Shown here: positions 44,723 through 55,417 of the stretch, piece after piece
Position numbering within the stretch: the stretch's first letter is position 1
Layout: each line of letters starts with the position of its first letter
Source: an uncultured Alphaproteobacteria bacterium
GTDB lineage: Bacteria; Pseudomonadota; Alphaproteobacteria; Rhizobiales; Beijerinckiaceae
Direction of reading: 5' to 3'
Length of the DNA: 64,000 bases
Assembly (NCBI GenBank): GCA_963779095.1
Contig: CAVZWU010000004.1
Location: 4,048 to 68,047, forward strand
Program-made: the position numbers and the translations under genes
Notes under the pieces: generated by a model
The model's input: the letters and a program-made list of their open reading frames with translations, nothing else
Database searches by the model: none
What the model was told of the DNA's origin: nothing

Positions 44723-46315
44723 TTATCGGCGTCGAGATTCCCCCGCGCCAGCCTGCTCGGCCGCCGCGTCGATATCGACGACCTCGCTCAGCTTCACGCC
44801 GATAGCGCTGGCGAGCAGCTTCAGCCGGTCGATCACCACTTCGCTGTCGGGCGCGCGGGCCGCCGCAGCGACTTCGAGCCGAACGCGATCGGGATCGATG
44901 CGCAAGCGCGCGCTTTCCAGCATAGCAGGGACGCCACCGGAAAAGCGGTAGGCGAGCAGAATTGCGCGGCCGAGAATCTGCGCCCGGCGACGTTCAGCCG
45001 GCTTGAGCAGCTTGATCGCCGGGCTCAGCCAGGGCGCGTCCGGCCGGCCGACATAGCGGGCGTGGATGGCGGCGGCGACGAACACCCGCTCGGGGTGCGT
45101 GACGCCGATGAACGGAAATTCGATGAGCCGTCTAAAGCTCTCTTCGGCCCGAAGGTCGGCCGCGTCTCTCCAGGCGATATCGGACAAGGCGCAGACCGCG
45201 ACGCGCAGCCTCTTCTCGGCGGCGGCTTCGCCGGGAAAAAGGCTCTCGGTCCAGGAAGCGAGTTCGCGCGCAAATTCAGGCACGCGCGCAAGCGGCAGGC
45301 CGATCAGCTGCGCGCCCTCGATCAGGGGATCGAGATACTGCTCCTCTTGGCTCAGTTGCGAATAGAGAAAACCCTCCCGCAAGCCCAGCGCGGAAAAAAC
45401 GACGCGTTCGGGCTTCAGGTGCTTCAGCACGCGATCGAGCACGAGCGCCGCCGCCGGCAATGTGCGCGCCCGGCGTTCCGCCACGCCCGGCCTCGCCGCC
45501 AGTTTCGCCGCAGAGAGGTGCGACACCGCTCGCGCAAATTTTCGCGCATCGGCCTCGGCAAGGGTGTAGCCGTGCACGACTTTGACCGGCGCGCCGACCG
45601 CATCCATGTGCGCTTTCGCCAGCGCCCGCCAGCCGCCGCCGACCGCATAGAACACCGGCCGCGCCAGCGCGCGCGGCAGGCGCGAGCGCAGAATTTCGTC
45701 GATCTGCCGCTTTGCCGCCGAGACGCTCTCCGACAGCATGGCTTCGACAGGCAGGGCGCCAAGCGGCAGGCTGACCCAGCGATCCCCCACACGGTCGTCG
45801 ATCGCTTCCGCAACTTCGAGACTGCCCCCGCCCATGTCGCCGACCGACCCGAGTGGCCGGAAGAAGCCGGAAATGACGCCCAGCGTGGAAAACCGCGCTT
45901 CCTCAGCGCCGCTGAGGATCCGCACCTTGAGCCCGGACTCGGCCTCGATCGCCTGCGCAAGCTTCAGTCCGTTCGAGGCGCGACGCATGGCCTCGGTCGC
46001 CACGGCGTCGATTCGGGCGACCCCCATGGCGTCGGCGATAGCGCGAAAGCGCCGTACCGCCTCGACGGCGCGACGAAAGTGGTCAGGCCCGATCGCGCCG
46101 CTCTCGGCCAGCCCTTCGGCGAGTCGGGCGAGCGATTTTTCGTTGAACCGCGGCATCGGCGCCCGGCCGAGTTGGTCATAGACCAGAAGCCGGATCGAGT
46201 TCGAGCCGATATCGACGATCGCATAGGGCGCCCGGTCGGCGCGCTTGGCGCGCTCAGGGTCGAGCTTGAGCGGACGCAGCGCCTCTCCCGAGGTCTGATC
46301 AGATGCCTTGGCCAT
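44723..46315 (-). CDS. ppx: Ppx/GppA exopolyphosphatase
   Basis: VDIGSNSIRL, EEAR, DMGGGSLE, GLREG. Confidence 0.92.
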   Translation of the reverse strand: MAKASDQTSGEALRPLKLDPERAKRADRAPYAIVDIGSNSIRLLVYDQLGRAPMPRFNEKSLARLAEGLAESGAIGPDHFRRAVEAVRRFRAIADAMGVARIDAVATEAMRRASNGLKLAQAIEAESGLKVRILSGAEEARFSTLGVISGFFRPLGSVGDMGGGSLEVAEAIDDRVGDRWVSLPLGALPVEAMLSESVSAAKRQIDEILRSRLPRALARPVFYAVGGGWRALAKAHMDAVGAPVKVVHGYTLAEADARKFARAVSHLSAAKLAARPGVAERRARTLPAAALVLDRVLKHLKPERVVFSALGLREGFLYSQLSQEEQYLDPLIEGAQLIGLPLARVPEFARELASWTESLFPGEAAAEKRLRVAVCALSDIAWRDAADLRAEESFRRLIEFPFIGVTHPERVFVAAAIHARYVGRPDAPWLSPAIKLLKPAERRRAQILGRAILLAYRFSGGVPAMLESARLRIDPDRVRLEVAAAARAPDSEVVIDRLKLLASAIGVKLSEVVDIDAAAEQAGAGESRRR

Positions 46316-46380
46316 CGTGGTTTCTCCCGCTCACGAGTTTATCACGAGGCGGCGGCGACGCCCTGCTTGTCTCGCGAGGC

Positions 46381-47491
46381 CTAGACCTCGACCGGAGCGC
46401 CGGTTCGAACCGAGCGCAGCGCCCCCTGGCAGAGCTTGAGCGAGACGAGATTGCCGCGCGCCGAGTTCAACGGCTCCCGGCTGTCTTCGACCGCGCACAA
46501 GAGTTCGCCCATCGCGCCGGCGAAGCCGTCGTTGAACCAGGCGCCGGTGAGATGAGGCCGGCCAACGCCAGTTTCGGTGTAGAGCTCGACAGCCTGATGG
46601 CCGAGATCGGGGCCATGGGCGCAGACGACGCCCGTTCGCGCCGATGACCGAAGTCGAATCCCGCGCGCCATATCGGGTCGCGCCGTCGAAAATGAGCGAG
46701 GCCTGGCCGCCGTCAAAGCCGATGAGCGCCTGAGCCAAGAGCGGCGGCCGCGCCGTCTGTCCGGCGGCGCGAGCGGTCGTCGCATAGACGGAATGGGCGC
46801 GGTCGCTGATGACGCTGGCGAGAAAGTCGAACCAGTGGACGCCAAAATCCCAGAAGATGAGATCGTCCATGGCTTCGAAGGACGTGCCCGCAATCCAGCC
46901 ATGGTTCCAGCGAATCTCGACATGAACGCCGGTGACCTCGCCGATGAGGCCGGCACGGACCGCCTCCCGGATATAGGCGAGATGGGGGGCCCAGCGGCCG
47001 TTCTGATTGACGGCGAGCTTGAGGCCGCGCCGCTCCGCCAACTCAACGAGTTCGCGCCCGTCGGCGAGATTCTCCACGAACGGTTTCTGCGCCAACACGT
47101 GCTTGCCGGCGTTCAGGGCGCGCCGCATGAGGTCGAGGCGGACGTCCGGATGGGCGGTGAGGTCGAGCACGCGGATGTTTGGGTCGCGCAACAGCGTGTC
47201 GAAATCGTCCGTGACGCGTGCGTTCGGGAAATGGGCGTCGCGGCGCGCGCGGGCGCGCTCAAGATCGCGCGAGCAAATGGCGACCACGTTCAGGCCATAG
47301 CGCGCATAGGCCTCGAGATGCGCTCCGCTGATCCCGCCCGCGCCGACGAGCGCGATCGGTTGCTCACGGTCGCGCGGCATCGGCGGACGATAGGGAAGCT
47401 CCGGCGCTTCGATCTCCGCCGCAGGCCTCGCGACCAAAGCATAATCGTCCTGCGAAGGCTCCTGCGGCCTTCCCCGCTTCCGCCTCCTCAT
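46381..47491 (-). CDS. Gfo/Idh/MocA oxidoreductase, frameshift near 46630
   Basis: VGAGGIS, HVLAQKP, NQNGRWAP, DFGVHWFD. Confidence 0.87.
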
Positions 47492-48563
47492 GGCAGTAGA
47501 CCAGCGTGCGCCGCTCCTCGAGCCGAGCGCGCCGCGGTGTCGACGATGCGCTGAGCGGTCCGGCAGAGCGAGGATCTAGAGGCCCTTCGAACGGCAGATC
47601 ATGCTCCTTGCAATGGAGCACATATTCGACCGGCTTTCGGAACGGGGGTTTGAGTTCGTCGACGGGAATTTGGTGGATGGCCGGGTTGTCGCGCGTCTGT
47701 ATCGCGACATGCGCCTCGTAATCATAACTCGAAATTGTGCCCTCCGAGCCGACGACGACAAATCCGCATTTGGGCTGCGGCTGAGTTGTCCAGGGATCGG
47801 TGAAAGTCCCCCAGCGCGTTTCAAGTTTCGACAAGCCGCGGGCGTAGCGGCAAATGGTGATCGAATGCTCGTCGACCTCGAGCCCCTCGGGCCGATCGAC
47901 GATCGCGGTCACCTCGATCGGCGCCGCGCCATTCATGAACCAGGTTCCGAGCGTCGCGCCATAGCCGAGGTAGTCGAGCAGGCTGCCTCCGCCGGCGGCC
48001 TTGCTGTACCACCACGACGTCGGTTTCTCGCGCTTGACCTCCTCGCCCGACACCACGACCTTGTCGGCGCGGTGGTAGAGCGGACCGCGGTTGCCGTCAT
48101 AGAAGTGCACCTCGATCACCTCGCCAATGACGCCTTCATCGATCAGCCGCTTGGTCGTCACATGCGGCGGATACCAGCGCAAAGGCCAGTTGACGGCGAG
48201 GCGAGTTCCCGACTTTTTGATCGCCGCAAGGATCCGGTCGGCGTCGGCGAGCGAAGCGGCGAACGGCTTTTCGAGCAGGATGTCGACGCCGAGCGCTGCG
48301 ACCTCTTCGACAATCTCCGCATGCCGAGCCGTCGCAGGACAGAGGATGGCGAGATCGGGATGCGCCTCTCGCACGCATCGCCCGATATCGCCATAAACGC
48401 GGTCGCGGGAAATGGAGAAGTTGGCGATTGCGTCCGTCATTCTCGCTTCATCGCCGTCGCAGACCCCGACGATCTCGGCGTTCGGATGCTCGTGAGCCTC
48501 GCGCAGCAGGTCGCCCATGTGCATGTGCTCGAAGCTCAAGCCGACGATCCGCCATTTGCGCAT
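47488..48563 (-). CDS. Gfo/Idh/MocA oxidoreductase (3' end frameshifted)
   Basis: LLEKPFA, NWP, GGGSLLDY. Confidence 0.85.
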
Positions 48564-48605
48564 CTTAAAATCCTCCCGAAAGGCTGTGGAGCGCGCTTTC
48601 GCCAA

Positions 48606-49565
48606 TCAATCGCCTTCCAGCTTTTCGTGCGCCCGGACCAAGCCCGACGCGCCGCGGCTCGGCAGATTCTGCGTGCGCGAGGCCGCTTCGGCTCGCAGCT
48701 GCTCGACGCGCAGCACCAGCGCCATCGCCACCGCCAGCGTCGCAGAGAGCGACTTGAACCCGGAAAAACTCTCTTCGATCACCTCGATATAGGCCTTCGA
48801 AACCGGAACCAATGGACTGAACGCGCTGTCGGTCATCGATACGATCGGAACGCCGCGCTGGGCGGCGGAAGCGGCCAATTCCGGGGTGATGGAATTGTAG
48901 GGGGTGAAGCTGACGGCAAGGACCGCGTCGGAGGCTGATGCGCAGCGCAGAAGCTCGAAGGCGGTCGACCCGACATTGTCGAGCGCAAGATTGCGCACGC
49001 CGAGATTGGCGAGCGCGAGCGACACATAGCTTACGAGCGAGAAGGCTCGCTTGGAGCCGATGATGTAGATGAGATCGGCCGCCGCGAGCGTCTGGCTCAT
49101 GGCTTCGAATTGCGCCAGGTCGAGCCGATCCCGGACGCCCGCAAGCGACGTCGCCGACGAGCGAATGAATCCATCGACCAGGCGCGCCGCCTCGCTGCTC
49201 GAAGCCTCCTCCCACTGGTCGCGGCCCTCGCGTCCCCCATCCGCCAGATGGGCCTTGAACACGTCTTGCAGGTCGGAAAATCCGGTGTAGCCGAAGGCTT
49301 GCGCGAAGCGCACCAGAGTAGAAGGCTGGACGCCTGCTTCCCCGGCCACGCTGGTCACAGTGCCCAGCGCGACTGCGGTCGGATGCTGCCAGAGATGGAT
49401 CGCAACCTGGCGAAGCTTCTTGGGCAGCCGCGCCGTCCCCGAGGACAGGACGGCCCGAAGCTCTTCATAGCTGCCGGGCCGCGAGTAGCCGAGCGCGGCG
49501 CCGACGCCGGCGTCCGCGACTGCGTCGGCGCGATCGTTCCGTTCGACGGACCTGCCTCTACTCAT
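48606..49565 (-). CDS. MurR/RpiR family regulator
   Basis: VQPSTLVRFAQAFGYTGFSDLQ HTH plus SIS domain (SFTPY, TDS). Confidence 0.92.
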   Translation of the reverse strand: MSRGRSVERNDRADAVADAGVGAALGYSRPGSYEELRAVLSSGTARLPKKLRQVAIHLWQHPTAVALGTVTSVAGEAGVQPSTLVRFAQAFGYTGFSDLQDVFKAHLADGGREGRDQWEEASSSEAARLVDGFIRSSATSLAGVRDRLDLAQFEAMSQTLAAADLIYIIGSKRAFSLVSYVSLALANLGVRNLALDNVGSTAFELLRCASASDAVLAVSFTPYNSITPELAASAAQRGVPIVSMTDSAFSPLVPVSKAYIEVIEESFSGFKSLSATLAVAMALVLRVEQLRAEAASRTQNLPSRGASGLVRAHEKLEGD

Positions 49566-51042
49566 CGCTGAGGCGCTCCTTGAGGTAGCCGCCGGCGTCG
49601 CCGTCAAGCAGGCCGCGCAAGTGGCGCGCGATCGGTTCGATGAGCTGAGGGCGCGCCATGTCCGTCCCGAAGACGGGGGCGATGGCGAGAACGGCTTTGG
49701 CCAGTTCGGACCAGTCGGCGCTCTTTTCGCCGATCGCGATCACGGTCTCCGCATAGGGGTCCGACGGCGTCCAGCGCGCCCCGAAGCGACGCGCGCCGCT
49801 CAGGGCGTAGGCGATCCAGCTCGCGACAGAGAGGGCAAGCAATCCGGCGGGCCGGCCGGCCGCGAGACGCTCGCGCAAAGGGTCGAGGAGACGCTGGACG
49901 ATCTTCTGCGATCCGTCCGTTCCGATCTGATGGCAGCGGTGGCGAATGGCGGCGTTGCGGATGCGCGCCATCGACTGGTCGATATAGGGCGCAACCTCCA
50001 TTCCGACGACCCTGGGCAGCGTGGTCGATGTTTCGCGCTCGAGCATCCGGCGCGTAAGCGCCGCGAGCGTCGGATCGGCGGCGGCCTGATAGGTGAACGC
50101 GTGGCCGACCAGCGCGCCCTGGTGCGCCAATGTCGATTGCGCGGCGTTGAGGACACGCATCTTGATCTGCTCATAGGGCTTCGCATCGGCGACGAATTCG
50201 GCGCCCGCGAGGTCCAGAGACGGCCGCTCGCCAGCGAACCTATCCTCGATGACCCATTGCCGGAACGGCTCGCCGACGACCGCGGCAGGATCGCGCAGGC
50301 CAAGCGCGCTCGCGATCTCATCGAGGTCGTCCGGCGTCGTCGCAGGCACGATCCGGTCGACCATCGTGGATGGAAACGTGACCCGGTCCGTTATCCACCG
50401 CGTCATCTCCGCCGAGCGCAACGCCGCAAACTCGAGCATCGCCGCGCCGAGCCGCGCGCCGTTGGACGGAATGTTGTCGCAGCTGATGATCGTCAGCGGC
50501 TTGCCGCCGATCCGCCGCCGCCGTTCGAGTGCGAGCGCGAGCAGGCCAAGGAGCGTGCGAGGCGGAAAGCCGCCTTCAAGGTCCGCACGGAGCGCTAGGT
50601 TGTCGAAATCGAGCGCGCCGGTCGACGGCGTGAGGCAATAGCCTTTTTCGGTGACGGTCATCGTCACGACGGAAATCTGAGAACCTCCGAGCGCAGCAAC
50701 CGCCGCCTCGGCGCTCGCCTTGTCATTGACGTCGATGACCTGGCGCAGCGCGCCGATGATGCGGGTTTCGGAGCGCTCGTCCTGACGAAGCGTCCGCGAA
50801 TAGAGACATTGCTGGGGGGCGAGGAGATCGGCCAGGTTGGGCGCCGTGAGGTTGACGCCCAGGACGCCCCATCGCCCGAATCGGGCCTCGAGCATATCGT
50901 CGATGAATTCGGCCTGGTGACAGCGATGGAAAGCGCCGACGCCAATATGCGCGATGCCGATCTCCAGGCTCTCGCGATCATAGCCCGGCTGACGCACTGG
51001 AGCCGCCAGCCCGGGTAGAACGCTGCGATCGAGGCGCCGCAT
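49558..51042 (-). CDS. Mannitol dehydrogenase family (fructuronate reductase-like)
   Basis: HIGVGAFHR, TVTEKGY, SCDN, MVDRIVP, KMRVLN. Confidence 0.9.
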   Translation of the reverse strand: MRRLDRSVLPGLAAPVRQPGYDRESLEIGIAHIGVGAFHRCHQAEFIDDMLEARFGRWGVLGVNLTAPNLADLLAPQQCLYSRTLRQDERSETRIIGALRQVIDVNDKASAEAAVAALGGSQISVVTMTVTEKGYCLTPSTGALDFDNLALRADLEGGFPPRTLLGLLALALERRRRIGGKPLTIISCDNIPSNGARLGAAMLEFAALRSAEMTRWITDRVTFPSTMVDRIVPATTPDDLDEIASALGLRDPAAVVGEPFRQWVIEDRFAGERPSLDLAGAEFVADAKPYEQIKMRVLNAAQSTLAHQGALVGHAFTYQAAADPTLAALTRRMLERETSTTLPRVVGMEVAPYIDQSMARIRNAAIRHRCHQIGTDGSQKIVQRLLDPLRERLAAGRPAGLLALSVASWIAYALSGARRFGARWTPSDPYAETVIAIGEKSADWSELAKAVLAIAPVFGTDMARPQLIEPIARHLRGLLDGDAGGYLKERLSDE

Positions 51043-51052
51043 CGCGGGAGCC

Positions 51053-51823
51053 TCAGCCCAGTCCGCCAAAGACGTTCTGCGCATAATCGATCAGCGCGCC
51101 AGTCATCGGCTCCGAAGCGTCGGACAGAAGAAACAGCGCAAGCTGGGCGACGTCATCCGGGGTTATGAGGCGCTTGAACGGCATGGTCGCGGCGACGTCA
51201 GCGAGCCAGCCGTCGCCCTTGCCGAGCGTGACTGACTGCATATGCCGCTCGGCCGGGGTGTCGACCCAGCCGAGAATGACGCCATTCACGCGGATGCGGT
51301 CGAAACGATGGGCGTGGGCTGCGTTCTTGGTCAGCCCGGCCAACGCCGCCTTCGTGGAGGCGTAGACCGCGAGCTCCGGGGCGCCGCCGCGGGCGTGGAT
51401 GGAGAGGATGTTGACGATCGATCCGGGCGCGCCGCGCTCCCGCAGATGGTTGATTAGCCGCTGCATGAGAAAGAACGGCGCGCGCGCGTTGACCGCGAAC
51501 AGCCGGTCCCAGAATTTGATGTCCGCGTCAACGAGAGAGCCCCGATCGGTGAGGGCGGCTGAATTGACGAGCGCGTCGACGCGGCCGAACCGCTTGAGCG
51601 CCGCGTCGACGATGGTGTCGGGCGCGTGGGCGTCCTCGAGATCCGCAGCAATGAACAGGGCGGGCGCCCCGCTTCGCTCGACCTCCGCCGCCGCGGTCGC
51701 GCCTTTAGCCTCATCCCGTCCCGTCACCACGACGCCTTCAGCGCCGGCGCGGGCGACTGCCAGGGCGATGGCCAAGCCGACCCCCTGGGTGGACCCGGTG
51801 ACCACGACCACCCGCCCGTTCAT
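51053..51823 (-). CDS. SDR oxidoreductase
   Basis: TGSTQGVG, YASTK. Confidence 0.9.
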   Translation of the reverse strand: MNGRVVVVTGSTQGVGLAIALAVARAGAEGVVVTGRDEAKGATAAAEVERSGAPALFIAADLEDAHAPDTIVDAALKRFGRVDALVNSAALTDRGSLVDADIKFWDRLFAVNARAPFFLMQRLINHLRERGAPGSIVNILSIHARGGAPELAVYASTKAALAGLTKNAAHAHRFDRIRVNGVILGWVDTPAERHMQSVTLGKGDGWLADVAATMPFKRLITPDDVAQLALFLLSDASEPMTGALIDYAQNVFGGLG

Positions 51824-52031
51824 CCGCGTCTCCCCGAAAGGTCCTCTTATTCGCGCAGTTTTGGATCAGAAATTCCGGTTGTCAAACTCTGGAATTTTCT
51901 TGGCGAGATTCCGGGGCAATTGGACGCCGTTCGAATTGACAAATGGAAGTTTTTTGCCAGTATCGATTCACGGCATAATCTTTCGTCAGAAGAACGGGCG
52001 GCGAGGCGAAGCCGCCGAGGGAGAGAACGCT

Positions 52032-53090
52032 ATGCGGACCATCAAGGGCCCGGGCCTGTTTCTGGCTCAGTTCGCAACCGACACCCCGCCCCACAACACC
52101 CTCGGCGGAATCGCGAAATGGGCAAGGGATTATGGATACAAGGCGATCCAAATCCCAACGTGGGATAGCCGCTTCTTCGACCTTGATCGGGCCTACGACA
52201 GCGAGACCTATTGCGACGAGATCAAAGGAACGCTGGCCGACATCGGCATCGCGGTCAGCGAGCTTTCCACGCATTTTCAGGGCCAGATGGTGTCCGTTCA
52301 TCCGGCCTATGACGCGATGTTCGACGGCCAATGCCCGCCCGCCGTGCGCGGCGATCCGGAGAAGCGACGCCTTTGGGCGGCTGACCAGGTGCGCAAGGCC
52401 GCTCGCGTCTCGCGCCGCTTTGGCCTGACCGAGCACGTGAGCTTCACCGGCTCCCTCGCCTGGCCGTATTTCTATCCCTATCCTCAGCGTCCTGCCGGAC
52501 TGATCGAGGAGTGCTTCGCCGAGCAGGCCCGCCGCTGGAAACCGATCCTCGATCTTTTCGATGAAAATGGCGTCGATCTCTGCTTCGAGATTCATCCGAG
52601 CGAGGACGTGTTCGACGGCGACACCTTCGACATGTTTCTCGACGCCGTCGGCGGCCACAAGCGCTGCAACATTAATTACGACGCCAGCCACTACATCAAG
52701 CAAGGCATGGACTATCTCGGCTTCATCGACGCCTATCATGACCGCATCAAGATGTTCCACGTGAAGGACGCCGAGTTCAACTCGACGGCGAAGCAGGGCG
52801 TCTATGGCGGCTACAAAGGCTGGCTCGAGCGCGCCGGCCGCGACCGCTCGCTTGGGCACGGGCAGGTCAATTTCAAAGGGATTTTCTCAAAGCTCGCGGC
52901 ATATGATTTCGCCGGCTGGGCGGTGTACGAATGGGAATGCTGCCTGCAGCATCCCGAGGTCGCGGCCCGCGAGGGCGCCAAGTTCATCGCCGACCACATC
53001 ATCGAGGTGACGGACCGGGTGTTCGACGACTTCGCCAAGACTGGCGCGGACCGCGCGACGAATCTCAAGCTGCTCGGCATCAAGGGCTAA
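52032..53090 (+). CDS. Sugar phosphate isomerase/epimerase (xylose-isomerase-like TIM barrel)
   Basis: FEIHP, NYDASH, FHVKD, EWEC metal motifs. Confidence 0.88.
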   Translation: MRTIKGPGLFLAQFATDTPPHNTLGGIAKWARDYGYKAIQIPTWDSRFFDLDRAYDSETYCDEIKGTLADIGIAVSELSTHFQGQMVSVHPAYDAMFDGQCPPAVRGDPEKRRLWAADQVRKAARVSRRFGLTEHVSFTGSLAWPYFYPYPQRPAGLIEECFAEQARRWKPILDLFDENGVDLCFEIHPSEDVFDGDTFDMFLDAVGGHKRCNINYDASHYIKQGMDYLGFIDAYHDRIKMFHVKDAEFNSTAKQGVYGGYKGWLERAGRDRSLGHGQVNFKGIFSKLAAYDFAGWAVYEWECCLQHPEVAAREGAKFIADHIIEVTDRVFDDFAKTGADRATNLKLLGIKG

Positions 53091-53094
53091 GCCG

Positions 53095-54279
53095 ATGGTC
53101 CACGCGACCGCCGTCGATGGGCTTAAAGGCGGACGCCTTCGCGTCGGCATGGTCGGCGGCGGCCGGAATGCTTTCATCGGCGCCGTTCACCGGATGGCGA
53201 TGCGGCTCGACAATCTGATCGAGCTCAAAGCCGGCGCTCTGTCTTCGGACTCTGAAAATGCGCGCGCCTCGGGCGCCGACCTTGGGCTTGCGCCTGACCG
53301 GACCTACTCGGAGTATCGCGAAATGGCTTTTCGCGAGGCGGCGCGTCCGGACGGCGTCGAGGCTGTCGTCATCGTCACCCCGAACCACCTGCACTTCCCC
53401 GTCGCCAAGGCATTCCTCGATGCTGGAATCGATGTCATCTGCGACAAGCCGCTGTCGACGACGCTCGCCGAAGCGAGGGAATTGGTCGAGCTCACCCGCG
53501 CCAAAGGACTCATCTTTGCGGTGACCCTCAACAATACCGGCTATCCGATGGTGCGCCAGGCGCGCGAAATGATCGAGGCAGGCGAAATCGGCGACATCCG
53601 CGTCGTCCACGCGGCTTATGTCCAGGACTGGCTCACCCTTCCGATCGACGCCGACGGACATAAGCAGGCGGAATGGCGCACAGATCCCGACCGGGCGGGG
53701 GCCTCCGCCTGCCTCGCTGACATCGGCGTTCACGCGCACAGCCTGGCCTTGTTCGTGACCGGACTCGAGCTCGACGAGGTCTCAGCGGACCTCACGACCT
53801 TCGTGCCCGGCCGCCGGCTTGACGACAATGCGCATGTCATGATGCGGTTTCAGGGCGGCGCGCGCGGCGTGCTGGCGGCGAGCCAGGTCGCGGTCGGCAA
53901 TCTCAACAACCTCAGTCTCAAGGTCTACGGTTCGCGCGCCGGGCTCGAATGGGCGGGCGAGGAGCCGGAAATCCTCCGCTTCACGCCCTATGGCGAGCCG
54001 TCCCGCACCTTAAGGCGCGGCGGCCCCGGAAATACGCCGCTTGCGGTCGAAGGCTCGCGCATGCCGGGCGGCCATCCCGAAGGCTATGTCGAGGGTTTCG
54101 CCAACCTCTACCGCGGCGCGGCGGAACTGATTTCGGCCCGACGCGCCGGGCGGGCGCCCGCGATAACCGCGAAGCTGACGCCGAGCGTGCTGGACGGCGC
54201 GCGGGGCGTGGCGTTTATTGAGGCGGCGGTCAAGTCCAGCCGGAACAACGGAGCGTGGACGCTCGCCCGCTTCGGTTGA
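53095..54279 (+). CDS. Gfo/Idh/MocA oxidoreductase
   Basis: MVGGG..FIGAVHR, TPNHLH, CDKP, DIGVH, GHPEGY. Confidence 0.9.
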   Translation: MVHATAVDGLKGGRLRVGMVGGGRNAFIGAVHRMAMRLDNLIELKAGALSSDSENARASGADLGLAPDRTYSEYREMAFREAARPDGVEAVVIVTPNHLHFPVAKAFLDAGIDVICDKPLSTTLAEARELVELTRAKGLIFAVTLNNTGYPMVRQAREMIEAGEIGDIRVVHAAYVQDWLTLPIDADGHKQAEWRTDPDRAGASACLADIGVHAHSLALFVTGLELDEVSADLTTFVPGRRLDDNAHVMMRFQGGARGVLAASQVAVGNLNNLSLKVYGSRAGLEWAGEEPEILRFTPYGEPSRTLRRGGPGNTPLAVEGSRMPGGHPEGYVEGFANLYRGAAELISARRAGRAPAITAKLTPSVLDGARGVAFIEAAVKSSRNNGAWTLARFG

Positions 54280-54345
54280 GCGGATTTGGAACGTGTGGGC
54301 CCGGCGCGAACCGGGCTTCTTGAGTGGGAGGAAGTGGTGAAACTT

Positions 54346-55356
54346 ATGCGAACTCTAACAAGCGCCTCGCTGGCGGTCCTGGCGATCGCAATCGCCGGTG
54401 GAGCGCAGGCGGCGGACAAATATGTCGTCGGCGTCTCGAATACGCTGATCGGCAACGGCTGGCGCGAGGAGATGATCTGCTCGATCAAGGCCGAGGCGCT
54501 GGCGTCAGGCAAGGTCTCGAAGGTCGTCGTCGCCAACCGCAACGGCGGCCCGTCGGAGCAGATCGCCGACATCCGCAACCTCATTTCCGCCGGCGCGAAC
54601 ATCATCGTCATCAACCCTTCCGACCGCGAAGCGCTGAACCCGGTCATCAAGCAGGCCGCTGACAAGGGAATCGTGGTGGTCGCCGTCGATCAGGCGGTTT
54701 CGGCGCCTCAGGCCTATGTTCTGACCAACGATCAGGTCGAATACGCCAAGCTCGGCGCAAAATGGCTGTTCGACAAATTGGGCGGCAAGGGCCAGGTCGT
54801 CGAGATGCGCGGCATCGACGGGGTTCCCGCAGACGCGGATCGCCACGAGGGCTTCACGGAAGTGCTCAAGAACTATCCCAACATCAAAGTCACGTCCGTG
54901 TTCACCGGCTGGGCGCTCGACAAGACCGCGCAGGCGACCAAGGACCTCCTCGCCTCCGGCAAGCCGATCGACGGCATCTGGACCTCGGGCATCAATTCAA
55001 CGGTCGTGACCGCCCACCAGACCGCCGGCAAGCCGTTTGTGCCGGTGGTCGGCGCCGACAACAACGGCTTCATCGGCCAGCTCATCGATCTCAAGGACAA
55101 GGGATTGTCAGGCGCGGCGGTCAGCAACCCGCCCGCGGTCGGGGCCGCTGGACTTAGCCTCGCGCTCGACGTCCTGGCCAAGAAGGAGCAGCCGCACCTC
55201 GTCAAGATCAAGCCGTCGATCTGGGACAACGGCAAGGACCTGAGCGAACTCAAGGCCATGTACAATCCAAAACTCGACCCCTATTTCAGCGTCGCCACGG
55301 TGCCTCCTTATACGCATTACACGCCCGAGCAGCTGATCGCTTGCAAAGGCCCGTGA
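54346..55356 (+). CDS. Sugar ABC substrate-binding protein
   Basis: Signal peptide, GNGWRE, VVAVD. Confidence 0.88.
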   Translation: MRTLTSASLAVLAIAIAGGAQAADKYVVGVSNTLIGNGWREEMICSIKAEALASGKVSKVVVANRNGGPSEQIADIRNLISAGANIIVINPSDREALNPVIKQAADKGIVVVAVDQAVSAPQAYVLTNDQVEYAKLGAKWLFDKLGGKGQVVEMRGIDGVPADADRHEGFTEVLKNYPNIKVTSVFTGWALDKTAQATKDLLASGKPIDGIWTSGINSTVVTAHQTAGKPFVPVVGADNNGFIGQLIDLKDKGLSGAAVSNPPAVGAAGLSLALDVLAKKEQPHLVKIKPSIWDNGKDLSELKAMYNPKLDPYFSVATVPPYTHYTPEQLIACKGP

Positions 55357-55417
55357 TCTTAAGCTGAATAGCCGCCAGTGACGCCGGCGGCGCGAGCCGC
55401 CGGCCCTTTCCGGACAC

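Noticed and set aside
5859-48563. Mass pseudogenisation or programmed frameshifting (cyclase, permease, RND, MFP, urtB, urtA, beta-helix, hpnG, hpnH, ispH, DUF1614, Gfo genes)
   Set aside because: Scattered 1-bp indels without accompanying decay, including in conserved genes, fit long-read consensus errors better; cannot be confirmed without reads.
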